Virus record (IMG/VR): IMGVR_UViG_3300032320_000125
Location: 1-41,016 of that record
Length of the DNA stretch: 41,016 nt
Strand: one strand, 5' to 3'
Source of the DNA: a virus
Taxonomy: Duplodnaviria; Caudoviricetes
Shown here: one piece after another, positions 7,545-16,100 of the stretch
Layout: each line of letters begins with the position of its first letter
Numbering within the stretch: position 1 is the first letter of the stretch
Program-made: the position numbers and the translations under genes
The notes under the pieces: model-generated
Told to the model about the DNA's origin: nothing
The model's database searches: none
Seen by the model: the letters and a program-made list of their open reading frames with translations, nothing else

Positions 7545-7926
7545 GTTTAAGTTCCTTCATTGTAGTTAGTAAATCCTCGATAGTAATTAGAAAGCCTTTA
7601 CTCCAGTTCGGTGGTATCTCGCAAGTAATCTCCCTGCCAAACTCCCTGATTGCGTAGTGCACATGGTCTGTTGGTACCATGACAACACCACGCTCAAGAA
7701 CAAACGCCCAATACTCAGCAGTAGTAACCATCAAACCCGATGGCTCCCAAGATTTACTCTTGTTAAACCAACACTCAACTTCTACATAAATGTTGTTAGT
7801 CGCCCACCACTTACGGTCACGCTTAACTTCTACTGTCTTGCCTTCTGTTAGTAAAGCCTCAACTAATTGTTCGCCCTTCCGACCAAAGCCAAAGTCCAAA
7901 TCAAATGATGAGTTCTTTACCATCAT
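7531..7926 (-). CDS. PD-(D/E)XK-like phage protein
   Basis: FDLD..G..GE, VEVKRD, NIYVE, PSGL..T.AEYW. Confidence 0.55.
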   Translation of the reverse strand: MMVKNSSFDLDFGFGRKGEQLVEALLTEGKTVEVKRDRKWWATNNIYVEVECWFNKSKSWEPSGLMVTTAEYWAFVLERGVVMVPTDHVHYAIREFGREITCEIPPNWSKGFLITIEDLLTTMKELKHGEQ

Positions 7927-7928
7927 GT

Positions 7929-8546
7929 TTAAACACCCGCTCGCTTGCGTAATCCTTCTGCACCTTCGGTTAAGTAAACATCATTAACATCTTGACCCTC
8001 AGGCATAAAGACAGGGAACACATTGTCTAGTTCTCTACTTAAATGCTTAGCCATCTCACGCCCTGCGTTGTCACCATCGCACAACAAAATAACCTTTGAC
8101 CAGTCAGCAAGTACACGATTGTAAAAGGACTTCCAGTTGTTAGCACCAGGCAAACCAACCGCACTGAACCCTGCTTGTGTTGCTACAACCGTATCGAGTT
8201 CACCCTCACAGATAGCAAGCACATCTGAATCATTGCTAAGTGCAGTGATGTTATAGATATGAGTCGTAGCCCCTGGTCTGCTCATATATTTCGGACCACC
8301 ATCACTGTTTAAACTACGGAACCGTATGTCAATCACACCTGTAGGTGTGAGGTAAGGGATTGCTAACTTACCAACATAAGGTTCATGCCCCATCTCAGGC
8401 TCTCTTACGAAGCCGAGGCGAAACATAGTCGCTGTCTGTTCTGTGATACCTCTGCTCTGTAGATACGGCACTATTTCCTGTAGGTTTTGAGCGTAACTCT
8501 CCGTTGCTTTCTCCAGTAATTCCTTCTGCGATTTGCTTAGCCTCAT
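7929..8546 (-). CDS. DNA primase, TOPRIM domain
   Basis: IPYLT, IRFR, PKY, ICEGELD, GLPGA, DGDNAG, GQDVND. Confidence 0.92.
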   Translation of the reverse strand: MRLSKSQKELLEKATESYAQNLQEIVPYLQSRGITEQTATMFRLGFVREPEMGHEPYVGKLAIPYLTPTGVIDIRFRSLNSDGGPKYMSRPGATTHIYNITALSNDSDVLAICEGELDTVVATQAGFSAVGLPGANNWKSFYNRVLADWSKVILLCDGDNAGREMAKHLSRELDNVFPVFMPEGQDVNDVYLTEGAEGLRKRAGV

Positions 8547-8775
8547 TGAATCCCACTCCTTCTTTTTTCATGATAAGTGAATACACATCTCCAGCCATCT
8601 CACATCCGAAGCAACGAAACCCACCGTTGTCTATGTTTAAACGGGCAGACTTAACTCTATCACCGTGGAAAGCGCAGCGTAGGGTGAACCAGCCACGCCT
8701 TCCATGCGGTATTTCAAAACCGTAATGCTCAAGAACTTTAACTATGTCGTGCTTAGAGTTTTGCAAGGATGTCAC
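8395..8775 (-). CDS. DNA primase, CHC2 zinc-binding domain
   Basis: CAFHGD...S...FRCFGC...GDVYSLIM..EG..F.EA. Confidence 0.88.
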   Translation of the reverse strand: MTSLQNSKHDIVKVLEHYGFEIPHGRRGWFTLRCAFHGDRVKSARLNIDNGGFRCFGCEMAGDVYSLIMKKEGVGFNEAKQIAEGITGESNGELRSKPTGNSAVSTEQRYHRTDSDYVSPRLRKRA

Positions 8776-9118
8776 CTAGCCTTTGCACAACATAGGCATC
8801 CTCAATTCCTTTATTAGATGCCTTAATAATTACTAATGGTGTAGGTGCGAGCGCAAGTTTCTTAGACTTACGGTAGTTCTCTGCTTCTACATACGCCTCC
8901 CGCAACCATCCTGATAGGTCAATCTTTCCATCACGGCGTGGTGCCTTGGCTTCAATAACATACAAGTCGTTAGCAGTAGGTAATGCAACATCACCAATGT
9001 CATTGCGACCTGCACGAGGTAGGCGTTGTGCGTTTAAACCCTGAGTCATAAACCAATCAGCAAGGTCTATCTCAAACGATGCACCTCTGCGCTTATTACT
9101 CTGCTGTTGGCTCGCCAT
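8753..9118 (-). CDS. Holliday junction resolvase (Hjc-like PD-(D/E)XK)
   Basis: NKRRGASFE, G.NDIGDV, IEAK; start moved to MASQQQ. Confidence 0.75.
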   Translation of the reverse strand: MASQQQSNKRRGASFEIDLADWFMTQGLNAQRLPRAGRNDIGDVALPTANDLYVIEAKAPRRDGKIDLSGWLREAYVEAENYRKSKKLALAPTPLVIIKASNKGIEDAYVVQRLGDILAKL

Positions 9119-9827
9119 TTGTCTGCCTCTCTGCTGCTGCTGCAGCCTGCCAGTACAACGCATAGTAGTTCTCGTCATAGGCAAACCGTTTCATGTGTTT
9201 AACAACCGCACCAGTGTGTGCATACACATCAACACCAGCCTTCTTTAAGTTACGGAAGAACACAATGTCCTCGCCAACATACTTATCTCCTAGTCCTTCC
9301 TTCTCAGCAAATACTGAGTAGTCAGGTGAGACGGCACGCAACTTAGGAACAACACTGCGATGCATCAAGGTAAGACCCAAGCCAGCGCAGTCAACCTTTA
9401 CTACTTCATCCTTAGGTAGTGGGTGTAAGTATCTAATCTCATACTCACTAACCTCAGTAAACAAAGCAGGCATGGGCTGCATCAACGATGACTCCATTTG
9501 CTTGGAGATAAAGTAAGTGCCACATACAACTGGCTTAGTGTTCTTGTCTGCTATTTTCCATAGCATGGCAAGCACATCAGTGGTAAGTACAATGTCAGAG
9601 TCAACCCATAACAACCAGTCTGTCTTTACTTTGTCATACCACATGTCCATTAACGCTTGGCGTTGTCTGCCAATCTGATTACCTTGCACACGGATAGCGT
9701 TGTTAATTGCCATCTTATGGGTAGGTGCAGTTACAGTTGTATACATAATACCTTCGGCAAACTTGCCATCCACCATACCGTTATCGCACCAACCAAGAGA
9801 TAATGTTTCCTGATTACTGTTAGCCAT
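9096..9827 (-). CDS. GT-A fold glycosyltransferase
   Basis: WLLWVDSD (DxD), CAGLGLTLMHRSV, GEDIVF, HTG...KH. Confidence 0.8.
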   Translation of the reverse strand: MANSNQETLSLGWCDNGMVDGKFAEGIMYTTVTAPTHKMAINNAIRVQGNQIGRQRQALMDMWYDKVKTDWLLWVDSDIVLTTDVLAMLWKIADKNTKPVVCGTYFISKQMESSLMQPMPALFTEVSEYEIRYLHPLPKDEVVKVDCAGLGLTLMHRSVVPKLRAVSPDYSVFAEKEGLGDKYVGEDIVFFRNLKKAGVDVYAHTGAVVKHMKRFAYDENYYALYWQAAAAAERQTNGEPTAE

Positions 9828-10110
9828 TGTGCTCCCCTTCTGCTTCATCAAGAACCCGTAATGCGTTCTCTCCCATTTGTTTAAACGAGTTGGACATGTT
9901 AGTTAACTGCTCCGCTATGTCTAGTATGCAATCTCTACCGTGGTCATCCTTAAGATGATTAGATAATTGTGTTACATAGTCTGCAAACTGCATGGCTTCT
10001 AGCCATATCTGATGGGGGTCGTATACCTTCTTGGCTACTTCTTCCATCTGCTCAATTACTTGAGGCAGTTCTTCAAGCAGTGCTTCCTTCATCTCCGCTG
10101 GTAACTTCAT
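9820..10110 (-). CDS. Hypothetical helical protein (start uncertain)
   Basis: Acidic helical ORF filling the operon; upstream extension overlaps the neighbour. Confidence 0.6.
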   Translation of the reverse strand: MKLPAEMKEALLEELPQVIEQMEEVAKKVYDPHQIWLEAMQFADYVTQLSNHLKDDHGRDCILDIAEQLTNMSNSFKQMGENALRVLDEAEGEHNG

Positions 10111-10390
10111 CTTGCTTACCAACTTTTCCATCTCCCCCTGTGGGATTGACAGACCCGCTTGTAATATATTGATTGTACTCTGCTTCGGATAGGTCTTTGA
10201 ACTGACCAGTCTCTTTATTCTGCCAAACAATTGCCCTCCAACCAACGGTAAATGTAAGTGTCTTAGGCTTAGCAATCATTAACTGAGCCTTGATGTCTAT
10301 GAGGAGAGGTTTTGTTTCAACTGCAATCTCGTCTTTGACTTTATCTGCTGGTATTTCACCAGCGTTTTCAACTACTGTAAGTTCCCACAT
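10073..10390 (-). CDS. Hypothetical protein
   Basis: AGGAG RBS; operon position. Confidence 0.7.
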   Translation of the reverse strand: MWELTVVENAGEIPADKVKDEIAVETKPLLIDIKAQLMIAKPKTLTFTVGWRAIVWQNKETGQFKDLSEAEYNQYITSGSVNPTGGDGKVGKQDEVTSGDEGSTA

Positions 10391-10398
10391 GTGTTCTC

Positions 10399-11196
10399 CT
10401 AAATTAACTGCATTGGTTCGTATGAAATTACATCATTGATTTGCATTGATGCTGGTTCATACGACAACCACACTGGTGTACCACCAGTTGCATCTGCTGG
10501 ACCATAACGGTTCTTAACTGCACAGACTCCCATTGTAGAAATCTGATTATGTACGGTAAGAATTAACGAAGGAGTCTGCGCCACCTTGCCATGCAGTGCC
10601 TTCTGTGGTGGACATGGATTGCCTGGCACGCCTTCGCTAGTGTGGTGACACACAACAACGGCTGCTCCAGTTTCTCTAGCCCACCATTTCAATTCTTTCA
10701 TTAAGGTACGCAGTCCACCCCACTCATCTTGCGAGTCCATCGTTACATCCACTGCGTTATCTAATACGATTAAACGCACATCTTCGCCCAGTCGCTCACG
10801 AGATGCAAGGACTGCATCTTCAATATCTTTAAGCGTTGGGGATGAATCAAACTCCCACATAATATGGTCAGCGGGCTTGAGCATTTGTGCTGCCCAGTCT
10901 CTGTCTTGTTCCATCAATGGTTCAACATCTGACTGATGCTTGCCAGTTAGCAAAGCAAGTAGACGAAGGCTCATCGTATGTGAGTGTGTGTCTGCAGAAA
11001 TATAAAGGGTTGGAACTTTTGCACGGACTGCCAAGGACAAAGCAAGTGTTGACTTACCTGCCCCTGGCGGTCCAGCAATCATGCTTACCTCGCCGTAACG
11101 GATTGCTATTTGCTGCGCTGCAAGTGATTGCCACACTACAGGTAGTGTCGCTCCCCCTTGTGATGCAGTTTTAATAGCACGGCTGAGTAGGCGCAT
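10399..11196 (-). CDS. DnaB/RecA-like ATPase (helicase)
   Basis: GPPGAGKS Walker A, LIVLD Walker B, VKNRYG Arg finger. Confidence 0.9.
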   Translation of the reverse strand: MRLLSRAIKTASQGGATLPVVWQSLAAQQIAIRYGEVSMIAGPPGAGKSTLALSLAVRAKVPTLYISADTHSHTMSLRLLALLTGKHQSDVEPLMEQDRDWAAQMLKPADHIMWEFDSSPTLKDIEDAVLASRERLGEDVRLIVLDNAVDVTMDSQDEWGGLRTLMKELKWWARETGAAVVVCHHTSEGVPGNPCPPQKALHGKVAQTPSLILTVHNQISTMGVCAVKNRYGPADATGGTPVWLSYEPASMQINDVISYEPMQLI

Positions 11197-11199
11197 GGG

Positions 11200-11616
11200 T
11201 TATGCAGGTACCTTGTTTTGGCAAGCCTGACCCTGAGGTTGTGGACATGCATAGAAGCCCTTGTATGGGCGACCAGTTGCCTTTGCAATACCTGCTGGAA
11301 CTAAGCGCATTGCTCCTGCTCCACATGTGCACTGTGGTGCTGGTCCACCTGCTGGCTTATAGCCTGCAACTGGAGCCTGTGATATTACTTGTGCATTTGG
11401 AAATGCTGCAGCAATAGTTGCTGCTGGTGAAGGTGTTGGTGCTGGTGTAGCCATTGATTCAACTGTTGATTCTAAATCAAGCAGTGTTGCAAGGCGTTGT
11501 GATATTGCATCTAGTAGACCATCAAGTTCAATCGCATCGTTAGCACGAAGGTTAATCAACATGCCATCACGCTTTGTCTTGAAGTTAATCTGAATTGCTG
11601 CTTCGGTAGTGCTCAT
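11200..11616 (-). CDS. Hypothetical protein with C-terminal Zn ribbon (possible ssDNA binder)
   Basis: Pro/Ala linker then CTCG...M...G..K.TG.PY..FYACP...C. Confidence 0.65.
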   Translation of the reverse strand: MSTTEAAIQINFKTKRDGMLINLRANDAIELDGLLDAISQRLATLLDLESTVESMATPAPTPSPAATIAAAFPNAQVISQAPVAGYKPAGGPAPQCTCGAGAMRLVPAGIAKATGRPYKGFYACPQPQGQACQNKVPA

Positions 11617-12467
11617 TTGTTTTCTCCTATAGTTATTTCAGGGTAGAGGTGGGAGTCTTTACCGCCCACTGCATAGCATGCAGCGTTGACAGAGCAAGTA
11701 CCACACATGGTGCTTACTTGTGGGATAAAGATTTTATTTTCGATGGCTAACTCAAAGCCCTTAGCCCATGAACCAAGGCGAGCCTCAGTGTAACGGTCCA
11801 ATGATTGAGGAGCAGTAAGTTCCCCAGTACGAGCCATAAAGTATGAGCCAAGAGATGGGCGAACACCAAAGGTTTTCTCCACAAGAATTGCGTAGATACC
11901 TAGTTGAGTTAGTGAGGCAGGTTCACGAGAACTTGTCTTAATGTCTACTACTATCAACTCACCAGTCGGTGCAACCATTAGTCGGTCGAGGAACGCCTTT
12001 AAAGGTACGCCCCCAACTTCCTGATTAAGTTCTGTTTCAATAGCCTCACTGCCATCAGGTAACTGATACATATTGAAGCCACTGTCTTGTCTGAACTGTG
12101 TCCAAAAGTTAATCATCTTTGGTCCGTTGTCTAACCACCAACCAGCATCCTCTTTATTTGGATTGAGTTTAGTAGCACGACCACCTGCACGCCAAGGCAT
12201 ACCGTTGTCGGCACCCTTGAAGTTGTTATCCCAGAAAGTTGTAAATGCTGCAATCTCTGAGAAGTCATCTTGGTTAGGTAGTCCATGATACAAACGGTCG
12301 TACTGCTCCGTTGCCTCGTGTACTGCCTTACCACCTGCTAACCAGTATGATGGTTGTTCTGGAACATGTTGTATTCGTGATAGGTAGAACTGCCACCCAC
12401 AACTGAGCCATGTATTTAGGGCAGAGTGGCTGACATAATTCTTACCTGTAACTTGTTCAAGTGTCAT
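11613..12467 (-). CDS. Cas4/RecB-family exonuclease
   Basis: SHSAL..W..C, G.AVH, LDR, VDIKT, QL.IY, CxxC..C. Confidence 0.9.
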   Translation of the reverse strand: MTLEQVTGKNYVSHSALNTWLSCGWQFYLSRIQHVPEQPSYWLAGGKAVHEATEQYDRLYHGLPNQDDFSEIAAFTTFWDNNFKGADNGMPWRAGGRATKLNPNKEDAGWWLDNGPKMINFWTQFRQDSGFNMYQLPDGSEAIETELNQEVGGVPLKAFLDRLMVAPTGELIVVDIKTSSREPASLTQLGIYAILVEKTFGVRPSLGSYFMARTGELTAPQSLDRYTEARLGSWAKGFELAIENKIFIPQVSTMCGTCSVNAACYAVGGKDSHLYPEITIGENK

Positions 12468-12488
12468 TGTTTATCCTTTCAATAGAGG

Positions 12489-12527
12489 AGATTACTACAC
12501 AATGTCTGCTCTATTAAGCGACACGCC
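12489..12527 (-). promoter_or_regulatory. Putative promoter of the replication operon with a GACAC box
   Basis: - strand TAATCT at 12494-12489; GCGACACGCC at 12518-12527. Confidence 0.4.
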
Positions 12528-12576
12528 AGAAGATAATTACACACATGTAGTTTAAACAACTACTACACTCCTGTTC

Positions 12577-12831
12577 GTGCAGCGTAAGGGTGTAATAGCG
12601 AGACTCGTCAAGAGGCGAGCGAAGCCAGCCCAAGTGAACTTGCGTGGTATACCTTCGAGTGTTTGCCTAAATTGTGGGCATCTTGTATTCCAAGTTGGAT
12701 GCATGTTCGAGGACAACGACATAAGCCTATGGTTTACTGATGCTAAGTGTGCTGACTGTGGCGCATTAGTTACCGTACCTACACCAGTGGATGATAATGA
12801 AACTAATTTTAATTCTGATTGTATTGATTGA
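12577..12831 (+). CDS. Zn-ribbon protein
   Basis: LRGIP..VCxxC...CxxC..L.TVPTP.D. Confidence 0.7.
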   Translation: MQRKGVIARLVKRRAKPAQVNLRGIPSSVCLNCGHLVFQVGCMFEDNDISLWFTDAKCADCGALVTVPTPVDDNETNFNSDCID

Positions 12832-12940
12832 AGCATATTTGTTTTACCGCCTTGGTTTTAGCCTTGGAGTAAAGCGTGAACAAAAAGCAAGGATGCGCCG
12901 TTTAAACGCACTAAAAAGGATTCTTAATACTCGTGAGTAA
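12797..12940 (+). CDS. 47-aa membrane peptide (not in ORF track)
   Basis: MKLILILIVLIEAYLFYRLGFSLGVKREQKARMRRLNALKRILNTRE; overlaps both neighbours. Confidence 0.55.
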   Translation: MKLILILIVLIEAYLFYRLGFSLGVKREQKARMRRLNALKRILNTRE

Positions 12941-13109
12941 GTACGAATACAAGTGTCCACAATGTGAGATAACAGTGGAGATTGAGCGCTCAATGCATGC
13001 AGAGGCAGATGCCCCTATGTGTACATGCTGCAGTCAACTGATGTCTCGTGTGTGGAGTAGCCCTGGTGTGAAGTTTAATGCCCCTGGTTTCTACAGTACA
13101 GGCGGATAA
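12933..13109 (+). CDS. FmdB-family zinc-ribbon protein (58 aa, not in ORF track)
   Basis: GTG start; YEYKCPQC...CTCC..LMSRVWS...VKF...GFYST. Confidence 0.85.
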   Translation: MSKYEYKCPQCEITVEIERSMHAEADAPMCTCCSQLMSRVWSSPGVKFNAPGFYSTGG

Positions 13110-13443
13110 ACCAAAGCAGCATCGCCTGCTGCTCAAGAACCCAGCCAAACGATGGGGTATCTGTGCAGTGTGTGGACCCACAAGACTTAAGTTAAAGCAA
13201 CGGGGCTACTGGTCTTGTCGAACAAAGTCTAATGTTAACCGTGTTAAGTTATCCAAGTACAAGAAGGATTACTGTGAGGAGTGTGGCTTCGTAGCCATAC
13301 ACCGCAGCCAGTTGGATATAGACCACATAGATGGCAACCATTTAAACAATGACATGGCAAATCTACAGACACTATGTGCCAACTGCCACCGACTAAAGAC
13401 CCAAGACAATAGAGATTGGGAAAGCAAAAAAGCCCCCCGCTAA
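13078..13443 (+). CDS. HNH endonuclease
   Basis: CEECG...DIDHIDGNHLNN...NLQTLCANCH. Confidence 0.9.
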   Translation: MPLVSTVQADKPKQHRLLLKNPAKRWGICAVCGPTRLKLKQRGYWSCRTKSNVNRVKLSKYKKDYCEECGFVAIHRSQLDIDHIDGNHLNNDMANLQTLCANCHRLKTQDNRDWESKKAPR

Positions 13444-13457
13444 AAAGCGAGGGGCTA
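13425..13457. terminator. Terminator between convergent HNH and lysis genes
   Basis: A6-AGCCCC.CGCT-AAAA-AGCG.GGGGCT. Confidence 0.75.
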
Positions 13458-13487
13458 ATCTGTTAGGTTACAAAAGGTTCCTAAAGG

Positions 13488-13676
13488 TTACTTTTTAAGA
13501 CCAAACTCTTTTGCTGACTTGTCAAGATACTTAGCAGCAGGTCCTACAAATCCAGCAATGAAGGCGTAAGCCAACACCTTTGGGTCATGCTCTCCTGCCA
13601 TGTACAGGGCTACTACTGCTGCACCTGCTGCACGAGCATAGGTTAGGGCTACTTGCTTGAGTGTATTGATATTCAT
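13488..13676 (-). CDS. Holin-like membrane protein
   Basis: Two hydrophobic segments, basic C-terminus, downstream of the endolysin. Confidence 0.6.
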   Translation of the reverse strand: MNINTLKQVALTYARAAGAAVVALYMAGEHDPKVLAYAFIAGFVGPAAKYLDKSAKEFGLKK

Positions 13677-13685
13677 TATTACTCC

Positions 13686-14195
13686 TTATGACTTGAATAC
13701 AGGCTTGCCGAATCCCACGACAGTCACGGTTTGTGACTTGCGGAACTTGCTGCCGTTTTTCTTTTTGTATGCACGAACCTTCTCGCACACTTGTCCACCA
13801 TTGCGCTGGTCACCCTTCTTATCAGGAGCAGTATTACCCTCGATACAGGTGACAGTGCCATCGCCATTGTCTTTAACAACAATGCCTACATGTGAGATAC
13901 GGTCAACACCATCGTTAGGGAAGTCAAAGAAAACGATGTCGCCAGGTAGAGGGATTGCTTCCTCTGCCTTCTCCCATGCACCCTTCTTCATAAACGCAGT
14001 AGCACCAGCCACTGTGGATACGCAGTTAGGAATCTTTAATCCAACTTCATTGGCACACCAGTTCACAAATGAACCGCACCATGGTAGGAAGTTAGCCTTA
14101 GTAAATGCACCGTACTTTGTTTCGTTATCCTTAGGTCCTTCAATGACACCGAGTTCACCTTTGGCTACTGCAATAAAGTCAAGTCTCTGTCCCAT
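13686..14195 (-). CDS. CHAP-domain endolysin
   Basis: PWCGSFV, PGDIVFF, HVGIV, IEGNT. Confidence 0.92.
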   Translation of the reverse strand: MGQRLDFIAVAKGELGVIEGPKDNETKYGAFTKANFLPWCGSFVNWCANEVGLKIPNCVSTVAGATAFMKKGAWEKAEEAIPLPGDIVFFDFPNDGVDRISHVGIVVKDNGDGTVTCIEGNTAPDKKGDQRNGGQVCEKVRAYKKKNGSKFRKSQTVTVVGFGKPVFKS

Positions 14196-14440
14196 TATTC
14201 TGCGCTCGCTTTCTTGTCAACCTTAGCAAAGGCTGCGTTAATTTCTTCTGATGTCAGGCTTCCGTCTGCTAGATAGAAGCGAGCCAATGCTTCAAGCACT
14301 CGTGCTGCACCTAATGCACCAGCAAGTGTTGCTGCCTGCCATACTTCAATACCAACAAGGGAACCAGCACCAATAACTCCGAGAGATTCAGCAGCAATTA
14401 CTGCAAATATCCTCATCATTACATTTTTAAATGTATCCAT
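14195..14440 (-). CDS. Membrane protein, holin candidate
   Basis: Two TM-like segments; coupled to the endolysin. Confidence 0.6.
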   Translation of the reverse strand: MDTFKNVMMRIFAVIAAESLGVIGAGSLVGIEVWQAATLAGALGAARVLEALARFYLADGSLTSEEINAAFAKVDKKASAE

Positions 14441-14610
14441 TATTCATCCTTTGGGTTGCGTAGTCGGTATGTAATAGCCCAAGCAACCAAGGTGCCTGAG
14501 ATTGCATAGCCAACTACTGTCTTTGCTGAACCATCAAGGACTACCCAAGCAATGAACATGCCAAGTAAAGTCCATAGTTGTTCAACCATGTCTTTGATTA
14601 TTTTCTTCAT
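14440..14610 (-). CDS. 56-aa two-TM membrane protein (not in ORF track)
   Basis: MKKIIKDMVEQLWTLLGMFIAWVVLDGSAKTVVGYAISGTLVAWAITYRLRNPKDE; ATGA and TAATG overlaps. Confidence 0.8.
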   Translation of the reverse strand: MKKIIKDMVEQLWTLLGMFIAWVVLDGSAKTVVGYAISGTLVAWAITYRLRNPKDE

Positions 14611-16088
14611 GGGTTTCTCCTATAGGCTGCTGCTGCCACCATGCCTGCTGCATTAACTGCAGCCTGCCCAGCAATAACTGTTGCGACAATAATCTTTTCT
14701 GCTTCTTCTCTTTCTTCAACTGACATGTCAGCACCGATGCTTGCTAATGCAAGTAAGGCTTGTCCTGGGTCAGTAAAGAGCGCTTCAACAAGGGCTGCTG
14801 GAGATTCCAATACAACCAATGCTGCTGCTACTTCTGCCGTGATAACAACTTCGTTACCGTTCTCATCTTGACGAACTTCAACAGGTGTATCAGGTGGTAA
14901 ATCTTCATAGGTTAAGCCTGCTTCTTGGATAGCCTGTGCTGTAACTGGCTTACCTTCTGCTGCTTCAATGAGTGCTTCTGCTACTACTGCTCTTTCCTCT
15001 GGTGTAGAATCTTCTGTAGCCACAACTGGTGGTTCAGGTTCTATAGCAGGGGGTTCAGGTGCAGGTTCAGGAGCAAGTTCGGGAACTGGAGGAGCAGGAA
15101 CTTCCTCTACAGGAGGGGCTTCTTCCTCGACAGGTGGCTCCTCAACAGGTAGAGGTGGTTCCTCTGCAGGAGCAGGAGGTTCTTCAACAGGAACAGGCTC
15201 TGGAGCAGGAGGCTCTGGCGCTACCTCTGGAGCAGGCTCAGGCTCTACTGGCGCAGGTTCAGGCTCAGGTAGAGTGGCTGGAGGTTCGGGTGCGGGTACT
15301 GGTTGGACTTCTGCAACAGGTTCAGGTTGAGGTGCAGGCGCTGGCTCAGGCTGTGGGACTGGGGCAGGCTGCGGAGCAGGCTCAGGTTGTGGCTGTGGAG
15401 CAGGAGGCTCAGGTACTGGAGTTGGCTCAGGTTGAGGCTGAGGAACTGGAGTCGGAGTTGGCTCTGGAGGAGTCACTGGAACAGGAGCAGGAATAGGTGA
15501 AGGCTCAGGTGTAGGCTGTGTTTCAGGAACAACAGGCGTTGGTTCTACAGTAGGAGTAGGGGTTGGAGATGGTTCAGGCAACGGAGCAGTATTGGAAGGC
15601 TCAGGTTGAGGAGTTGAAGTTGGAGTTGGTTCGGGCGAAGGCTCAACTGTTGGTGTTACAGAAGGCGTTGGACTCGGTTCAGGTGTCGGAGTCGGACTTG
15701 CGGTTGCAGTTGCGCCGTCAGATGGCGAAGGAACAGGGGTTGGCTCCGAAGTGGCGCTCGGTGACGGAGTAGGTGTTGGTGTAGGTTCAGGTGCAGGAGC
15801 AGTTGTTACGCCATTGTAATACCATGTGCTCTCAGGAGCAGTGGTGCTAATAAAAGTTTTCCATTGACCTTGTGTTCCAATAGAACAAAACAAGGCAGCA
15901 ATGTTTCCTTTGCCTTCAAAGAAAGGTTCGGTTGTACTCCAACCAACTCTAAACTCTTTGGATTCACCACCCTCATTAGCGCATACAACAGTGATTGGAC
16001 CTGTCTGTTCTGCTTGGGCTGATGGTGTAAAGAAAAAAGAAGTTCCTAGTGTAAGGAACGATACTGCAAGTAAACGGGGAAGTTTCAC
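14607..16088 (-). CDS. Exported Pro/Glu/Thr-rich stalk protein
   Basis: Signal peptide (AQA cleavage), small 2-Cys domain, long PEP/PT repeat, hydrophobic C-terminus ending RRNP. Confidence 0.8.
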   Translation of the reverse strand: MKLPRLLAVSFLTLGTSFFFTPSAQAEQTGPITVVCANEGGESKEFRVGWSTTEPFFEGKGNIAALFCSIGTQGQWKTFISTTAPESTWYYNGVTTAPAPEPTPTPTPSPSATSEPTPVPSPSDGATATASPTPTPEPSPTPSVTPTVEPSPEPTPTSTPQPEPSNTAPLPEPSPTPTPTVEPTPVVPETQPTPEPSPIPAPVPVTPPEPTPTPVPQPQPEPTPVPEPPAPQPQPEPAPQPAPVPQPEPAPAPQPEPVAEVQPVPAPEPPATLPEPEPAPVEPEPAPEVAPEPPAPEPVPVEEPPAPAEEPPLPVEEPPVEEEAPPVEEVPAPPVPELAPEPAPEPPAIEPEPPVVATEDSTPEERAVVAEALIEAAEGKPVTAQAIQEAGLTYEDLPPDTPVEVRQDENGNEVVITAEVAAALVVLESPAALVEALFTDPGQALLALASIGADMSVEEREEAEKIIVATVIAGQAAVNAAGMVAAAAYRRNP

Positions 16089-16100
16089 TTGTATCCTTAA

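Noticed and set aside
11613-12467. CRISPR-associated Cas4
   Set aside because: Solo Cas4/RecB-like exonucleases are common phage recombination genes; no array or cas1.
13078-13443. HNH as an intron-encoded homing element
   Set aside because: Free-standing; no interrupted gene or intron structure seen.
14641-15772. Several + strand Gly/Ser- or Gln/Leu-rich ORFs
   Set aside because: Shadow frames of the Pro-rich repeat gene.
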